Positions 45,974 to 55,590 of a stretch of DNA of 63,411 bases are shown piece by piece. This stretch comes from a virus (taxonomy: Duplodnaviria; Caudoviricetes). The stretch is from the IMG/VR virus record IMGVR_UViG_3300030106_000472, positions 1 through 63,411 of that record. One strand, given 5' to 3'. Below the pieces are notes generated by a model. That model was not told the origin of the DNA. It did no database searches and saw nothing but the letters and a program-made list of their open reading frames with translations. Numbering within the stretch: the stretch's first letter is position 1; every line of letters starts with the position of its first letter. The translations under genes and the position numbers were made by a program.

Positions 45974-46272
45974 TAGCACTTCCACCTTTTTCTTGCTTGT
46001 CGCAATCTTGAATTAGGATTCTTAGCCGCTTTAGGAAATTTCTTCATCTGTCCTGCACTTCTAGCACAATAAGACTTTCTTCTTTTTGCTGCTTTGCTTC
46101 CTTTTTTAACTTTTCCTGTTACAGCTGTTTTTAATTTACTTCCAGGATTCTTTTTTCTATATGCTTTAACGCCTTTCTTAGTCATGCCTGCCCCACTTTT
46201 AGTAGGACGGTAATTTGCACCTTTACCTTTAGTGGTACGTCTTATAGACTTTTCTTTACGTTTTTTAGCCAT
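45973..46272 (-). CDS. highly basic conserved phage protein
   Basis: G.T.KG...YR..NPGS.L, RRKSYCARS.G, P.SR...AR.RW.C. Confidence 0.8.
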   Translation of the reverse strand: MAKKRKEKSIRRTTKGKGANYRPTKSGAGMTKKGVKAYRKKNPGSKLKTAVTGKVKKGSKAAKRRKSYCARSAGQMKKFPKAAKNPNSRLRQARKRWKC

Positions 46273-46469
46273 TATTTTTTCTTACTTTTCTTTTTAGGTT
46301 TTTTAGCTGTTTTAGCAGAACGTTTAAAAGCAGCCGCTGTTGGTGCACCTTTAGCTCCTTTTTTACGCATTTTTCTGCCTTCTTTACGTTTTTTATTTAT
46401 GTTGTAATAAAGACCTTTTTTAGCTATTCTGCCGTCTTTAGTTTTATGTGTTTTCTTTTTTGCTGCCAT
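46272..46469 (-). CDS. Lys-rich small protein
   Basis: KGLY.NI..KR..G..MRK.G.KGAPT..AF. Confidence 0.75.
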   Translation of the reverse strand: MAAKKKTHKTKDGRIAKKGLYYNINKKRKEGRKMRKKGAKGAPTAAAFKRSAKTAKKPKKKSKKK

Positions 46470-46471
46470 AT

Positions 46472-47146
46472 TTAATCCTCATATAAATTATTAAAAGTTA
46501 TTGATGGGTCTAGATAACTCTCATGTCCTTCTGCAGAGTGAGTGTGTTGTGAAGGAGTAAAGTCAGGTGCTCCTTCTCCAGTCACCCATAACGCAGGACT
46601 AGTCGCTCTTACCCTGTTATTAGGTAAAGCAACTATGTTGCCTTTCCATTCGCAATCTTCAGTTATATATAATACATGAGATTGTTTATGTTGTGCGGGA
46701 CAATCAGCAATAGCGTTATTTGTATAGTCCACCGTAAACATATACTTACCAGTATAAAACTTTCCGTCTATTTTGCAAAGCCATGGACTAGAACTAACTC
46801 TATCCATAACTATAACAGAATGGTCTCTTGATTCACAATCCCAAGGTTGTGCTATATGGTCTTCCATAGGAATAGCCCAGTCTTCAACAGGAATATCAGC
46901 TATTAATCCCTGTATTGGCATTCTAGCCCACATAGCTCCTCCGTGTATATTTCCTTCTTCCCAATCATCATATTCTGTTTCACAACCTGTAAAAACAACT
47001 TGAAAACTTAACGACCTATCTGGAATAGTGTTCACAGCAAAAGCTATTGCATGAAGAAACTCACCATGATATTTTTGGTGATTAGCAGTAAATTCCCTAC
47101 GTACCCAACATTTAAAATGAGGGATATTACTTATGAGGGAAGGCAC
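46472..47146 (-). CDS. conserved hypothetical phage protein
   Basis: SNIP.F.CWVR.E.T.NH..YHGEF, HGGAMWARMPI, QPWDC, QHKQSH, LPNNR. Confidence 0.8.
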   Translation of the reverse strand: MPSLISNIPHFKCWVRREFTANHQKYHGEFLHAIAFAVNTIPDRSLSFQVVFTGCETEYDDWEEGNIHGGAMWARMPIQGLIADIPVEDWAIPMEDHIAQPWDCESRDHSVIVMDRVSSSPWLCKIDGKFYTGKYMFTVDYTNNAIADCPAQHKQSHVLYITEDCEWKGNIVALPNNRVRATSPALWVTGEGAPDFTPSQHTHSAEGHESYLDPSITFNNLYED

Positions 47147-47263
47147 TTACTTCTTCTTGCTTTTCTTCTTTTTCATGACTCTTTTCTTAGAGCCGCCTTT
47201 TTTCTTATATTTAGAGCTTTTTATTGCTCCACCTTTTCTCATGTATTTAGCTTTTTTCATCAT
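47147..47263 (-). CDS. Lys-rich 38-aa ORF (absent from ORF track)
   Basis: MMKKAKYMRKGGAIKSSKYKKKGGSKKRVMKKKKSKKK; GGAG SD; fills the gap exactly. Confidence 0.65.
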   Translation of the reverse strand: MMKKAKYMRKGGAIKSSKYKKKGGSKKRVMKKKKSKKK

Positions 47264-47709
47264 AAGTTTTCTCCATTTAAAACTCTATCTTTTAATCTTA
47301 TAGCTCGTGGACCTACCTGTTTAGCCCAACGACTATCTAACATTTCAACTGCAGCTTTATCCCAATTATGGTTTTCCATTGCACTTAAAAACTTTTTAAA
47401 CTTTAATAATCTAGTTATACCTAAATTAAAACACATATTAGCCATAACTCTTTGTAAATCTTCTGGTAAATTTTTCCACCAAATCATGTTTCTATCTAAA
47501 TCATTAATCACGTTTTGTATGTCTTTTTCAAAACACTCTGTTATTCTTTCTTCAGATACAGGCGTATCAACGTCTTGACCATGCTCAGGGTCTGTTTCTA
47601 ATATTAAATGACCTATACCAAATGTTGGATAACCTAGATGATCTAGATAAACTTTATCGATACAGCCCTCATCAAAAGTTAATTCTTTTTGTAGTTTTTT
47701 CATATCCAT
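47260..47709 (-). CDS. GH24 (T4-type) lysozyme/endolysin
   Basis: DEG....Y.D.LG..T.GIGH catalytic E-D-T, NM.FNLG, AA.EMLDSRWA.QVG.RA.RL; start about 47709. Confidence 0.9.
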   Translation of the reverse strand: MDMKKLQKELTFDEGCIDKVYLDHLGYPTFGIGHLILETDPEHGQDVDTPVSEERITECFEKDIQNVINDLDRNMIWWKNLPEDLQRVMANMCFNLGITRLLKFKKFLSAMENHNWDKAAVEMLDSRWAKQVGPRAIRLKDRVLNGENL

Positions 47710-47720
47710 AACTCGTCTCC

Positions 47721-48086
47721 TTACGTGTACCAGTTTTCGGTTCCGTAGCCAGACGCTATGTCCCCTATCACTATTGTTGTGTCCCCACCAGTCGAAACAC
47801 TTATTTGTCCTAATTGAGAAATACCCTCTACCCCGTTTTCGGAGCCTTTGTATATATCTACCCATTGTGTTCCTGTCCATAACTGTAATTGTTGTGTCGC
47901 TAAATTCCAAATAATATCGCCAGTATTAAACTGACTAAGATTTCTTTCTGTTTCATTAACATTTACAGTTGAATTTACATCAACTTTATTTAAACTTAAT
48001 TCTAATACTCTAACTAAACGATTAAATAATGCTGGATCAATAGGTCCTATAGCTACAGGAAGTTTTGTTTCTAATAACTTAGCCAT
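47721..48086 (-). CDS. virion/tail protein
   Basis: Follows the tail stabilisation gene; G.IIWN...LQ...G..W. Confidence 0.65.
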   Translation of the reverse strand: MAKLLETKLPVAIGPIDPALFNRLVRVLELSLNKVDVNSTVNVNETERNLSQFNTGDIIWNLATQQLQLWTGTQWVDIYKGSENGVEGISQLGQISVSTGGDTTIVIGDIASGYGTENWYT

Positions 48087-49957
48087 TATCTTTTACCGTC
48101 TGCTTGGGTTTCTATACGTGTAGCTCCCGCTCTAAAACTCATTCCAATAACTGTTGTATCTGTATCGTTAGATTGTAGTCTTAGCACTGCTTGTCTTCCT
48201 CTAACTCTAGTGTCTATTTTAGTAGTAACTGAAGTACAAGCTCCTGTTACAGCCGTAGTTAAATCTTCTCCTGGATAATTTCTTCGTTTTAAAACGATAT
48301 CTAAAGTTTGCCCACTAGCACCTGTATCAGCGTTACCTGTAAATTTAATATCAGGAATAACTTTACTAATAAATTGGTATTCGTCTCCTTCTCCTAAATC
48401 AAAATCACTAGACTCTATAAACACGTTAGTCATGGCAGAGCCGTCGGCGTCTACCCCTGATTCATGATTATAAAGATATCCAACATCATTAGAGGAAGAA
48501 GTTGCTTTAGGGTCTGGAAAAATACCTTCATCTAACCAACAGGTTCTAGAAAGATTTCCTATCATCCAAAGATTTTCTTCGTAATTATACGTAACGTATT
48601 TATCTATAACTGTTTCATCCTCTGAACAATAAAACCAACCAACTTCATCGAAAGCTTTATTAACAAAACCAAATATTTGATAACTTTGTGTTTGGTTAAT
48701 ATCACTAAAAACATAATCAGTAACAGAACAAGGCAATTCTTGAACTTGTCCTGTGTAGGTATAAAAACCTTTTTTATCCATCCAAAAAACACCTTTAGGA
48801 GTGTTTACCATAGCATTAGGTCCAACAAGACCTACACCTTCATTAACTAAATTAACTGAAAAAGTAAACGGTTGACCTACAAAAGTCATTGAATATAATG
48901 ACGTATCTGTCCAAACTAAAGTTTCTTGTCTTGCTCTTACTGCACCTACTATTGCAGAACCTGCTGAGAGTCTAAAAGAACCTGCTGTATTTGTTGGTAA
49001 TGGTTCCCATTGCGTAACATTTTCTTGGTCACTCCATGCTATAAACATTGGGTCTATTGCTCCAGTTCTAGCGGTTCCTGAATCGTTTAAAGGATCTGCA
49101 CCAAAACAAATAACATGTCTATCTACGTCTGAAACCATAACTTGTAATGCTAGTGTAGGAGTTAGGTTTGCTCCTGTAAGGTCTGATAAAGCCACTGCTC
49201 TCGTTTCTACCCCAGAACTTTCATCCCAATAAAAAACACCAGAACCACGAGCATTAATTATTAAATCTTCGCCAAAATTATCATGTGTCCAAATACGTAA
49301 CTGATTTGTTGCACCTAGTGCAGATACACTGCCCCATGTTCCTGCTCCCCAATAATCAGATCCCCACCCAGTAGAGGGAACATAAACATCTAAACCAACG
49401 TTTAATTGATAAACAGCATCTGCACCAGAACCACCGTTACCACTATCGCTAGAATTTGCTGTGGCTGTTGCAGTAAACGTAAATGTATTTGTACTGGGGA
49501 CTGAAACAACTTGGTATTCTTGATTTAAAACAGAGGCTGTAATATTCCCTCCTAAACTTACAGCTCCTGAAATAGTTACAAAATCTCCTGTAACTACTCC
49601 ATGACTTGAATCTGTTGCTGTTATTGTAGCAGAACCATCAGTTGCTGCAAAAGTAATACCGTTAGTTGTTGTTGCACGTATTGGTGTTATATCATGAAAA
49701 GTCGAACCATCTAATACGTAATATTTCCAAGTAGTGCCTAATCCAAGATACCGAGTGCCGTTTAAATCAACCCATGCGTGAAGTGCTCTACCTGTTGCTT
49801 TGAAAGAATTACTAGAGGCTTTTATCCACCCACCTATTTTTTCTGGTAATCCTTTACGAAAACGCACTAGATTAGAATTGAACCATCCCCCCTCATTAGA
49901 GTAAGCGGTTCCTTCTTTATTTATTCCTGGTTTAAATAAAAGTTTTTGCAGAGGCAT
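48086..49957 (-). CDS. tail stabilisation/nozzle protein (P22 gp10 / T7 gp12-like)
   Basis: PGIN...T.Y..EGGW...VRFR.G.PEKIGGW, WSDQE...W.P..TN.AG, R.RGRQ; beta-propeller-like. Confidence 0.75.
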   Translation of the reverse strand: MPLQKLLFKPGINKEGTAYSNEGGWFNSNLVRFRKGLPEKIGGWIKASSNSFKATGRALHAWVDLNGTRYLGLGTTWKYYVLDGSTFHDITPIRATTTNGITFAATDGSATITATDSSHGVVTGDFVTISGAVSLGGNITASVLNQEYQVVSVPSTNTFTFTATATANSSDSGNGGSGADAVYQLNVGLDVYVPSTGWGSDYWGAGTWGSVSALGATNQLRIWTHDNFGEDLIINARGSGVFYWDESSGVETRAVALSDLTGANLTPTLALQVMVSDVDRHVICFGADPLNDSGTARTGAIDPMFIAWSDQENVTQWEPLPTNTAGSFRLSAGSAIVGAVRARQETLVWTDTSLYSMTFVGQPFTFSVNLVNEGVGLVGPNAMVNTPKGVFWMDKKGFYTYTGQVQELPCSVTDYVFSDINQTQSYQIFGFVNKAFDEVGWFYCSEDETVIDKYVTYNYEENLWMIGNLSRTCWLDEGIFPDPKATSSSNDVGYLYNHESGVDADGSAMTNVFIESSDFDLGEGDEYQFISKVIPDIKFTGNADTGASGQTLDIVLKRRNYPGEDLTTAVTGACTSVTTKIDTRVRGRQAVLRLQSNDTDTTVIGMSFRAGATRIETQADGKR

Positions 49958-49966
49958 TTAATGCTC

Positions 49967-50149
49967 CTATAAAAACTTAGCTAGGATGATTGATCCTACT
50001 ATAAATGGATATATTCCCCAAAGAAGCATTTCGAGTCTTTTAAACTTTGCAGAGCCTTCGTCAAGTCTTTTTTCTATATATTCGTAACGAATTGCACATT
50101 CTCTTTCGTGTGCATTTAGTTCTGCTAATGCGTCTTTAACTGTAGCCAC
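49967..50149 (-). CDS. small coiled-coil/TM protein
   Basis: HE.ECA.RY..I..RL..G..F, C-terminal TM. Confidence 0.7.
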   Translation of the reverse strand: MATVKDALAELNAHERECAIRYEYIEKRLDEGSAKFKRLEMLLWGIYPFIVGSIILAKFL

Positions 50150-50310
50150 TATTTATCCTTTGCTTTACCTATGTTTATTGCAAATAAATCAATGATAGAA
50201 TAAACTTTTTTAAAAAAGTTATCATCTTTTGGTGTAGGTGTAAGTGCTGCAATTAAACTTGCTATTGTAACAATAGCGTTAATTATCATTATAATTTTTA
50301 AGATACTCAT
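50149..50310 (-). CDS. 53-aa membrane protein, holin candidate (absent from ORF track)
   Basis: MSILKIIMIINAIVTIASLIAALTPTPKDD...AINIGKAKDK; AGGAG SD. Confidence 0.7.
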   Translation of the reverse strand: MSILKIIMIINAIVTIASLIAALTPTPKDDNFFKKVYSIIDLFAINIGKAKDK

Positions 50311-50567
50311 TTTTTCTCCTGTGTGTTTTCATCTTTTAATATTTCATCAGCTACTTCTTGTGTAGACTGTATAAAAGTGTTTTGAAAAACATTTAAAGCA
50401 GCTTCGATTTGATCTAAATCAAATGTTATTTTTGCTTTTTTGTTTCTTAGGTCTGTTATTTGTTTAGCAAGATATTGTTGTTCAGGAGTCATTTCTGACT
50501 CTAATATTTCTTTATCACCTATAACAGCTTTATTTTCTTCTTGTTTGACAGTTTCTTTATTATCCAT
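50307..50567 (-). CDS. coiled-coil hypothetical protein
   Basis: AGGAGG SD. Confidence 0.7.
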   Translation of the reverse strand: MDNKETVKQEENKAVIGDKEILESEMTPEQQYLAKQITDLRNKKAKITFDLDQIEAALNVFQNTFIQSTQEVADEILKDENTQEKK

Positions 50568-50625
50568 ATAATCCTCCTATGGTTTTATGCACACTTGTCG
50601 GTGTGGTTAGTTTAATAATTAAAAA

Positions 50626-50910
50626 TTATTCGCCGTAATTCCAAGTTTCATAAGCATTTTTAATGTCTGTTGTCCAAGTAGCGTTTGCTATTGCTTGAAC
50701 TTTAGAGTCTTCTCCGCTGATATCTGGGTCATACCAACCAGAATCATTTTTAAGTCTAGGCTCTAAGACATGTCTATGAAAACTTCTGCTAAGCTCAGTA
50801 TATCCTTTAGCGTCTGTTCCTTCTTTTACAATCGTAGCTGTTCTTATATGAATAACTCCGTTTTCTAACGAAGATATTTTGTCAACTACTGTTTCTTTTA
50901 CTAATGCCAT
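50626..50910 (-). CDS. tail-fibre-associated small protein
   Basis: D.I......R..T....G.ELSRSFHRH...D.S.E...VQAI..A.WT. Confidence 0.7.
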   Translation of the reverse strand: MALVKETVVDKISSLENGVIHIRTATIVKEGTDAKGYTELSRSFHRHVLEPRLKNDSGWYDPDISGEDSKVQAIANATWTTDIKNAYETWNYGE

Positions 50911-50981
50911 TTCTTCTCCTATTTATTATCGTGCTTTATTGCACCTGTCCATGTTAAACATCCATTCAACATAAAATTTCA

Positions 50982-53351
50982 TTAATCACTGGTTTGAAAA
51001 GATATTTGTCCAGCAAAATATCCTGTGGTCACGTCACCTGTATAGTTACTTTGCGTTACACCTGTGGGCATAATCGTTAAATTACCCCCTGTCATATAAA
51101 ATCTTGTGACGGCGTCTGGCCAAACGTCATTATATCCAATCGTACCTACTTGCTGATATGAGTTTTGATTGTTAGTAAATGGCAATCCATCGACAGACTT
51201 GTTGCCAGCTCCCACATTACTTACAGAAGTGACTATTATAAGAAAAGTAGCATGTACTATATCTCCTACTTTGACATAATCACCAACCGCAGTACTTGTT
51301 CCGTATACAGGGTTAGTTGTACTTCCAATAAGCGTTGGTGTCCACGTTCCTATTTCATAATCATCTAAAGCATTAGCTGCTGCTGTATCACTACCAAATT
51401 TAAGTCCATCGCCATCCACTCTTATTCTTACTGTAGTGTCTGATCTAAGTATGTGTGCGTTCGCTATAGCTCCAAATTCTATATTCGCTGAGCTGCTATT
51501 ATCTCTAAATGAAGCAAAACAATTAGCATCTGTGCTTTCTCCAAAAAGAACTTCATCGCCACTACCTGCTTTTACTGAAAGTATTTGGGAACTATAACCA
51601 TCATTCTCAAGTCCGATTGCTACACCACCATCGGATCTAATTCTCATTCGTTCAGAGTTAGAACCACCTGTAGCTTGTGTAAAGAAACTTAAATCAGCAG
51701 CATCATTATTGCCACCTACTCTACTAGCTCTTATCATAGATACACTATCAGTATTGTTTTCAAAAGTAATACTAGCTACCGCACCATTAGATGATTTATT
51801 ACCATTAAGTGTTAAATCAACTCCTACATCTGAAGCTGAAGTTGCTATTTCTAATTCTGTTGCTGTAACTTTATTGTTAAATGTAGCTGCACCTGCTGCT
51901 GACATATCAAGGGTAAGGGCATTAACTGTAGAACCACCATCATTACCTTGAAAAATAATATCTGCATCAGAAACAGCACTATATATTTTCATAGTCGCAC
52001 CATCTTTTGCAAATTGCATTAAAGTTGTGCCATCATCTTTAAATCTCCACACACCACTATCTGCATCAAGAATAATATCTGTATGTGCATCTATAGTTAG
52101 ACTACCACTTGATAAATCTATTTCTGTGCCATCAATAGTAATATTATCTATTTTTACCCCTGCATCTGCTGTTACTACTCCATTGAATGTAGCTGCACCT
52201 GCATCAGACATATCAAGGGTAAGAGCTGTGATTGTTGAACCACCATCATTACCCCTAATTACTAAATCTTTATCTGATTGTTCTACGCCTAAATATGAAT
52301 CTCCACTTACATTAGAAATTGAATAAAAGCTAGAACCTCCCGCTTTATAAAAAATATTATCCCCATCAGCATCAAGAATAATATCTCCACTTGAATCAAG
52401 AGTTATATCTGTACCATCATTAGTTATAGTGTCTAAAGCTATTGAACCTACATTAGTTATATCGGCATCGTTAAATGATGTAGCTCCAAAAGTGTTAGCG
52501 GCTGCTGTAGAAGTAATACCGTTTGCTGCAGTAATACCGCCGCCATCAGCAATCGTTATAGCGTTGTCGCCATCTGTATAGCCTATATTAGCTGTTTGTA
52601 CTTCACCGCTTACTAAAGCATTGCCTGAAATATCTACAGCACCGTTTATATCAATAGTGGTAGCGTTTATTTCTATTTCAGTATCAGAAACTAAATCTAA
52701 TACTCCGTCTGCTGATTGATGTATGTATGTACCAGAGTCACCGAATTGTAATTGTCTTGTGCTGTTTAATAATAAACCTGTATCAGCTACGTGTGTTAAT
52801 GTTACATCAGTGTCAGCACCGAAACCCAAAACACCTGCGTCTGAAGATAAAGTTAAATCGTCTCCTACCGTCATGTCTGCTGCTGCTGCAACATTACCTG
52901 CGATACTAAGTGTTCCTGCTAAATCTAAATCAGTAAAAGCATTTACTACTGCTGCTCCTGAACCTGCTCCATCTAAATAAACAACAGATACTCTTCCTGT
53001 CGGAATAGTTACAGTTGCTCCTGTTCCTTGTTTGATTATTATTGACTGAGAGCCTGAAGTAGCGTTTTCAATAATTTGCACTCTTTTCATAGTGTTAGGT
53101 GCAATAGTAATAGTACAGGTTGAGTCTAATGTTCCTGTGTATTTAACATACATAGCTCTTGCTGCATCAGAAGCACCGTCAGCTACTGTTGATGTATGTG
53201 TGTCTGCGTTTGTTGTTATGGCTTCTGTGCCATAGCCTAACGCTTCTCCGATTAACTCTAAGTTAGTGTTAGTTGTTGTTCCCCAAGTTCCACTGGCATC
53301 TCCAGTAGCCATCTCATTTAATCTTAGGTTGTTAACATATGTACTTGCCAT
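50982..53351 (-). CDS. tail fibre/spike protein
   Basis: MASTY..L.L...TG..SGTWG..TN.N anchor, G/D/T-rich beta repeats, ERMRI, LDDYE.GTWTP head. Confidence 0.85.
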   Translation of the reverse strand: MASTYVNNLRLNEMATGDASGTWGTTTNTNLELIGEALGYGTEAITTNADTHTSTVADGASDAARAMYVKYTGTLDSTCTITIAPNTMKRVQIIENATSGSQSIIIKQGTGATVTIPTGRVSVVYLDGAGSGAAVVNAFTDLDLAGTLSIAGNVAAAADMTVGDDLTLSSDAGVLGFGADTDVTLTHVADTGLLLNSTRQLQFGDSGTYIHQSADGVLDLVSDTEIEINATTIDINGAVDISGNALVSGEVQTANIGYTDGDNAITIADGGGITAANGITSTAAANTFGATSFNDADITNVGSIALDTITNDGTDITLDSSGDIILDADGDNIFYKAGGSSFYSISNVSGDSYLGVEQSDKDLVIRGNDGGSTITALTLDMSDAGAATFNGVVTADAGVKIDNITIDGTEIDLSSGSLTIDAHTDIILDADSGVWRFKDDGTTLMQFAKDGATMKIYSAVSDADIIFQGNDGGSTVNALTLDMSAAGAATFNNKVTATELEIATSASDVGVDLTLNGNKSSNGAVASITFENNTDSVSMIRASRVGGNNDAADLSFFTQATGGSNSERMRIRSDGGVAIGLENDGYSSQILSVKAGSGDEVLFGESTDANCFASFRDNSSSANIEFGAIANAHILRSDTTVRIRVDGDGLKFGSDTAAANALDDYEIGTWTPTLIGSTTNPVYGTSTAVGDYVKVGDIVHATFLIIVTSVSNVGAGNKSVDGLPFTNNQNSYQQVGTIGYNDVWPDAVTRFYMTGGNLTIMPTGVTQSNYTGDVTTGYFAGQISFQTSD
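51880..52253. repeat. internal tail-fibre duplication, 306-nt period
   Basis: 51880-51947 matches 52186-52253; GNDGGST..ALTLDMS.AGAATFN twice. Confidence 0.85.
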
Positions 53352-53393
53352 TTTTCAGTCTCCGTTTTGATTATACCTTATTTTTCATAAATA

Positions 53394-53864
53394 TTAAGCA
53401 ACTTCTTGCCAATTTGGTGTTTGAGTGGTGGAAACAGGAGTATACGTTGTTGATACCCCTTGTGCTACCTGTCCCCAAACATTAACTGTGTTCAGTGCAG
53501 AGGTTAACCCAAAACCTTCTGTAATCGTGACTATTGCGTCTGCTGTAGGCGTCACACTTCCTAAAGCACTTGTACCAGCAAAACCTGTAACATCCAGGTT
53601 GTTGTTAGTACTTAACGACTCCGTACCTAATGCCGAAGTTCCTACGTTTCCTGTAACGGCTACATTAGCAGCAGCAGATACTGATTCGTCACCTAGTGTA
53701 CTAGCTGACGCGACTGCTGAAACACCTGTAACAGCTGCCGCTTGAACTGCAGTACCATCATCTAGTGCTGTAGTTCCGACTACTCCTGTAACGGCTACAG
53801 GAAGTGGTTCACCAAAGGTTAGTTGACCCCAAGTACCTCTACCCCAACCGTTAATATTAGCCAT
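53394..53864 (-). CDS. virion structural protein (T/A/V/G-rich)
   Basis: GWGRGTWG start, repeated VTG...T.ALG. Confidence 0.75.
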   Translation of the reverse strand: MANINGWGRGTWGQLTFGEPLPVAVTGVVGTTALDDGTAVQAAAVTGVSAVASASTLGDESVSAAANVAVTGNVGTSALGTESLSTNNNLDVTGFAGTSALGSVTPTADAIVTITEGFGLTSALNTVNVWGQVAQGVSTTYTPVSTTQTPNWQEVA

Positions 53865-53872
53865 AAGCTAAA

Positions 53873-54304
53873 CTACGCGATTCTTATTATCGCGTTACTT
53901 GCATCAGCAGCTGGAAATTGAATAGTAAAATCTCCTGCTGTAGAAGTTTTATCTCCGCCAAATGCTAAAATTGCAACCGCAGGGTCTCCTGAAGCACTAT
54001 CATTAAAGATCATTGCTCCGTTTGCAGTTACAGTGGCATTTGAAAACGTAAGGTCAGCAAAATCAGTTAACGCTGTTGTTCCTGAAGATGTTGGTGTTAC
54101 GTTTGTTAAAGCACCGCCTTTTGCAGTATAGTTAGTTCCACTTGCTTCATTACTTGTTGTATAAGCAGTTGTACTTGCACCTAAACTAGCACTACTTGTG
54201 TATAGTGCCAAGTTAAATGTATTTCCAGAACTGTTTGTAAAATTATGTACGCCTTTCAACAGTTCTACTTTAAATGAAGTGCACATTGCTTGGGTTATTG
54301 CCAT
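53873..54304 (-). CDS. virion structural protein
   Basis: MAITQAMCTSFK.ELL.G.HNF...F.LALYTSSA...FGGDKTST.G.FTIQFP. Confidence 0.8.
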   Translation of the reverse strand: MAITQAMCTSFKVELLKGVHNFTNSSGNTFNLALYTSSASLGASTTAYTTSNEASGTNYTAKGGALTNVTPTSSGTTALTDFADLTFSNATVTANGAMIFNDSASGDPAVAILAFGGDKTSTAGDFTIQFPAADASNAIIRIA

Positions 54305-54594
54305 TATAGCCTCCTTATAATATCAGCCATTTCTTTATGACCTTGTTTTTCTAGTAAACCTGCTACAGTCGCTCTATCGCTTAATATAGCTTGTTTCATA
54401 TACAACAAAACGACTTTTTGTATAGTTTCTTTAAACGCTTCAGCCTGTGCTTTTACCATAGGATCTGCATTATCACTAACCGCAACTAGTCGTTCCATTA
54501 TTCTTTCAGTCCAATACTCTGGACTTAAACCTTTGTTTTCTGTTGTTTGAACTCCAACTTTTCCTAAACTACTTGATACATCTACACTAAACAT
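54304..54594 (-). CDS. conserved hypothetical protein
   Basis: TT.N.G.SPE.W.E, QA.AF, SDR.T. Confidence 0.75.
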   Translation of the reverse strand: MFSVDVSSSLGKVGVQTTENKGLSPEYWTERIMERLVAVSDNADPMVKAQAEAFKETIQKVVLLYMKQAILSDRATVAGLLEKQGHKEMADIIRRL

Positions 54595-55255
54595 TTGTCG
54601 TTCCTTGCGGCATTATTTTTATTTGATCGTTTCTAGCTTCATCTCTTACGTCTTTATACTCACCTAAAAGTTTTAACATAGCTAATGCTTCTTGATATTT
54701 TTGTTCGTACATCATAATCGTGTCTGGTGACATTTTCATAAAAACAGCTCCTTCTACTAAAGAACCGTATAACATAGCATTAGGGGCGTTTTCAGATAAC
54801 CAACTTTGATTACTATCACCTACAGTGGTTAAAGAAGCAGGTCTGTAGTTGTAATGTAATTCGAAACTTAATGCACTTGGTGGAGTAGGTGCCAGTATAA
54901 AAGTGTTGTTATCAAATAAAGCATAGTAAATGGGTTGCCCTGTTGTGGCTCGTGCTGGTGTATAGTCTCTGATCCAGGTTACGTGTTTAAGTTGTAAATA
55001 GGTGTAGTTATTGCTTGAATCTATTACAGCTAAACTAAAAGGTGATAAAAAATCGTCTGGTGTTTGTAAATATTCAACATCAGCAGTAGCACTACCTGTT
55101 ACATTTTTACGAAACACAGGAAGTTGTACCGATTTTAAAATACGTTCTTCTGTTGTTTGTATAAAGGTGTCTAACGTATTAACAAAAGTTGTTTCAGTAT
55201 TATCTAAATAATTTTGTACTGCTGTTTTTAATCCGCTATATGTAAATCCTGCCAT
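54587..55255 (-). CDS. head-tail adaptor/tail tubular-like protein
   Basis: TY..LK.A...Y...E..F, G.P.YYA.F, APTP, WLS.NAP..LYG.L.E. Confidence 0.7.
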   Translation of the reverse strand: MAGFTYSGLKTAVQNYLDNTETTFVNTLDTFIQTTEERILKSVQLPVFRKNVTGSATADVEYLQTPDDFLSPFSLAVIDSSNNYTYLQLKHVTWIRDYTPARATTGQPIYYALFDNNTFILAPTPPSALSFELHYNYRPASLTTVGDSNQSWLSENAPNAMLYGSLVEGAVFMKMSPDTIMMYEQKYQEALAMLKLLGEYKDVRDEARNDQIKIMPQGTTNV

Positions 55256-55590
55256 TATGTATTCACCGTTACGTTTCCTATTTCAGTAGTTGCTCCAAAA
55301 CCATCAAAATCAGTTCCTATTGGGTCCGAAGCAAAAGTCATTCCACTGCCTGCGTTTGTAGTGATTATAACTCCTAATTGGCTTTGCGGCAAAGGAACAT
55401 CAGGTCTAGGTTTCCATAAAGACTCTGCGTCTGCCGTTATATGTGGTGGATCAAGTTGTGGATGTTTAGGTTCGTAACATTCAGAACACGTTCTAAAATT
55501 TTCCCAATTACCTTTAGCTTTTTTATAGGGGTATCTAAAACCACAAGTGTCACAGATAAAGTAAGCGTATTTACCTGAAGCATGTGCCAT
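55255..55590 (-). CDS. Zn-ribbon virion-region protein
   Basis: A.GKYA..ICD.CGF.Y...C.EC.EPKHPQ. Confidence 0.75.
   Translation of the reverse strand: MAHASGKYAYFICDTCGFRYPYKKAKGNWENFRTCSECYEPKHPQLDPPHITADAESLWKPRPDVPLPQSQLGVIITTNAGSGMTFASDPIGTDFDGFGATTEIGNVTVNT

Noticed and set aside
47710-47910. Long N-terminal extension of the lysozyme in the ORF track
   Set aside because: It overlaps ORF 47721-48086 in another frame; an AAGGAG SD supports a start near 47709.
50982-53351. Diversity-generating retroelement acting on the tail fibre
   Set aside because: No reverse transcriptase; both repeats are in-frame and coding, without adenine-specific differences.
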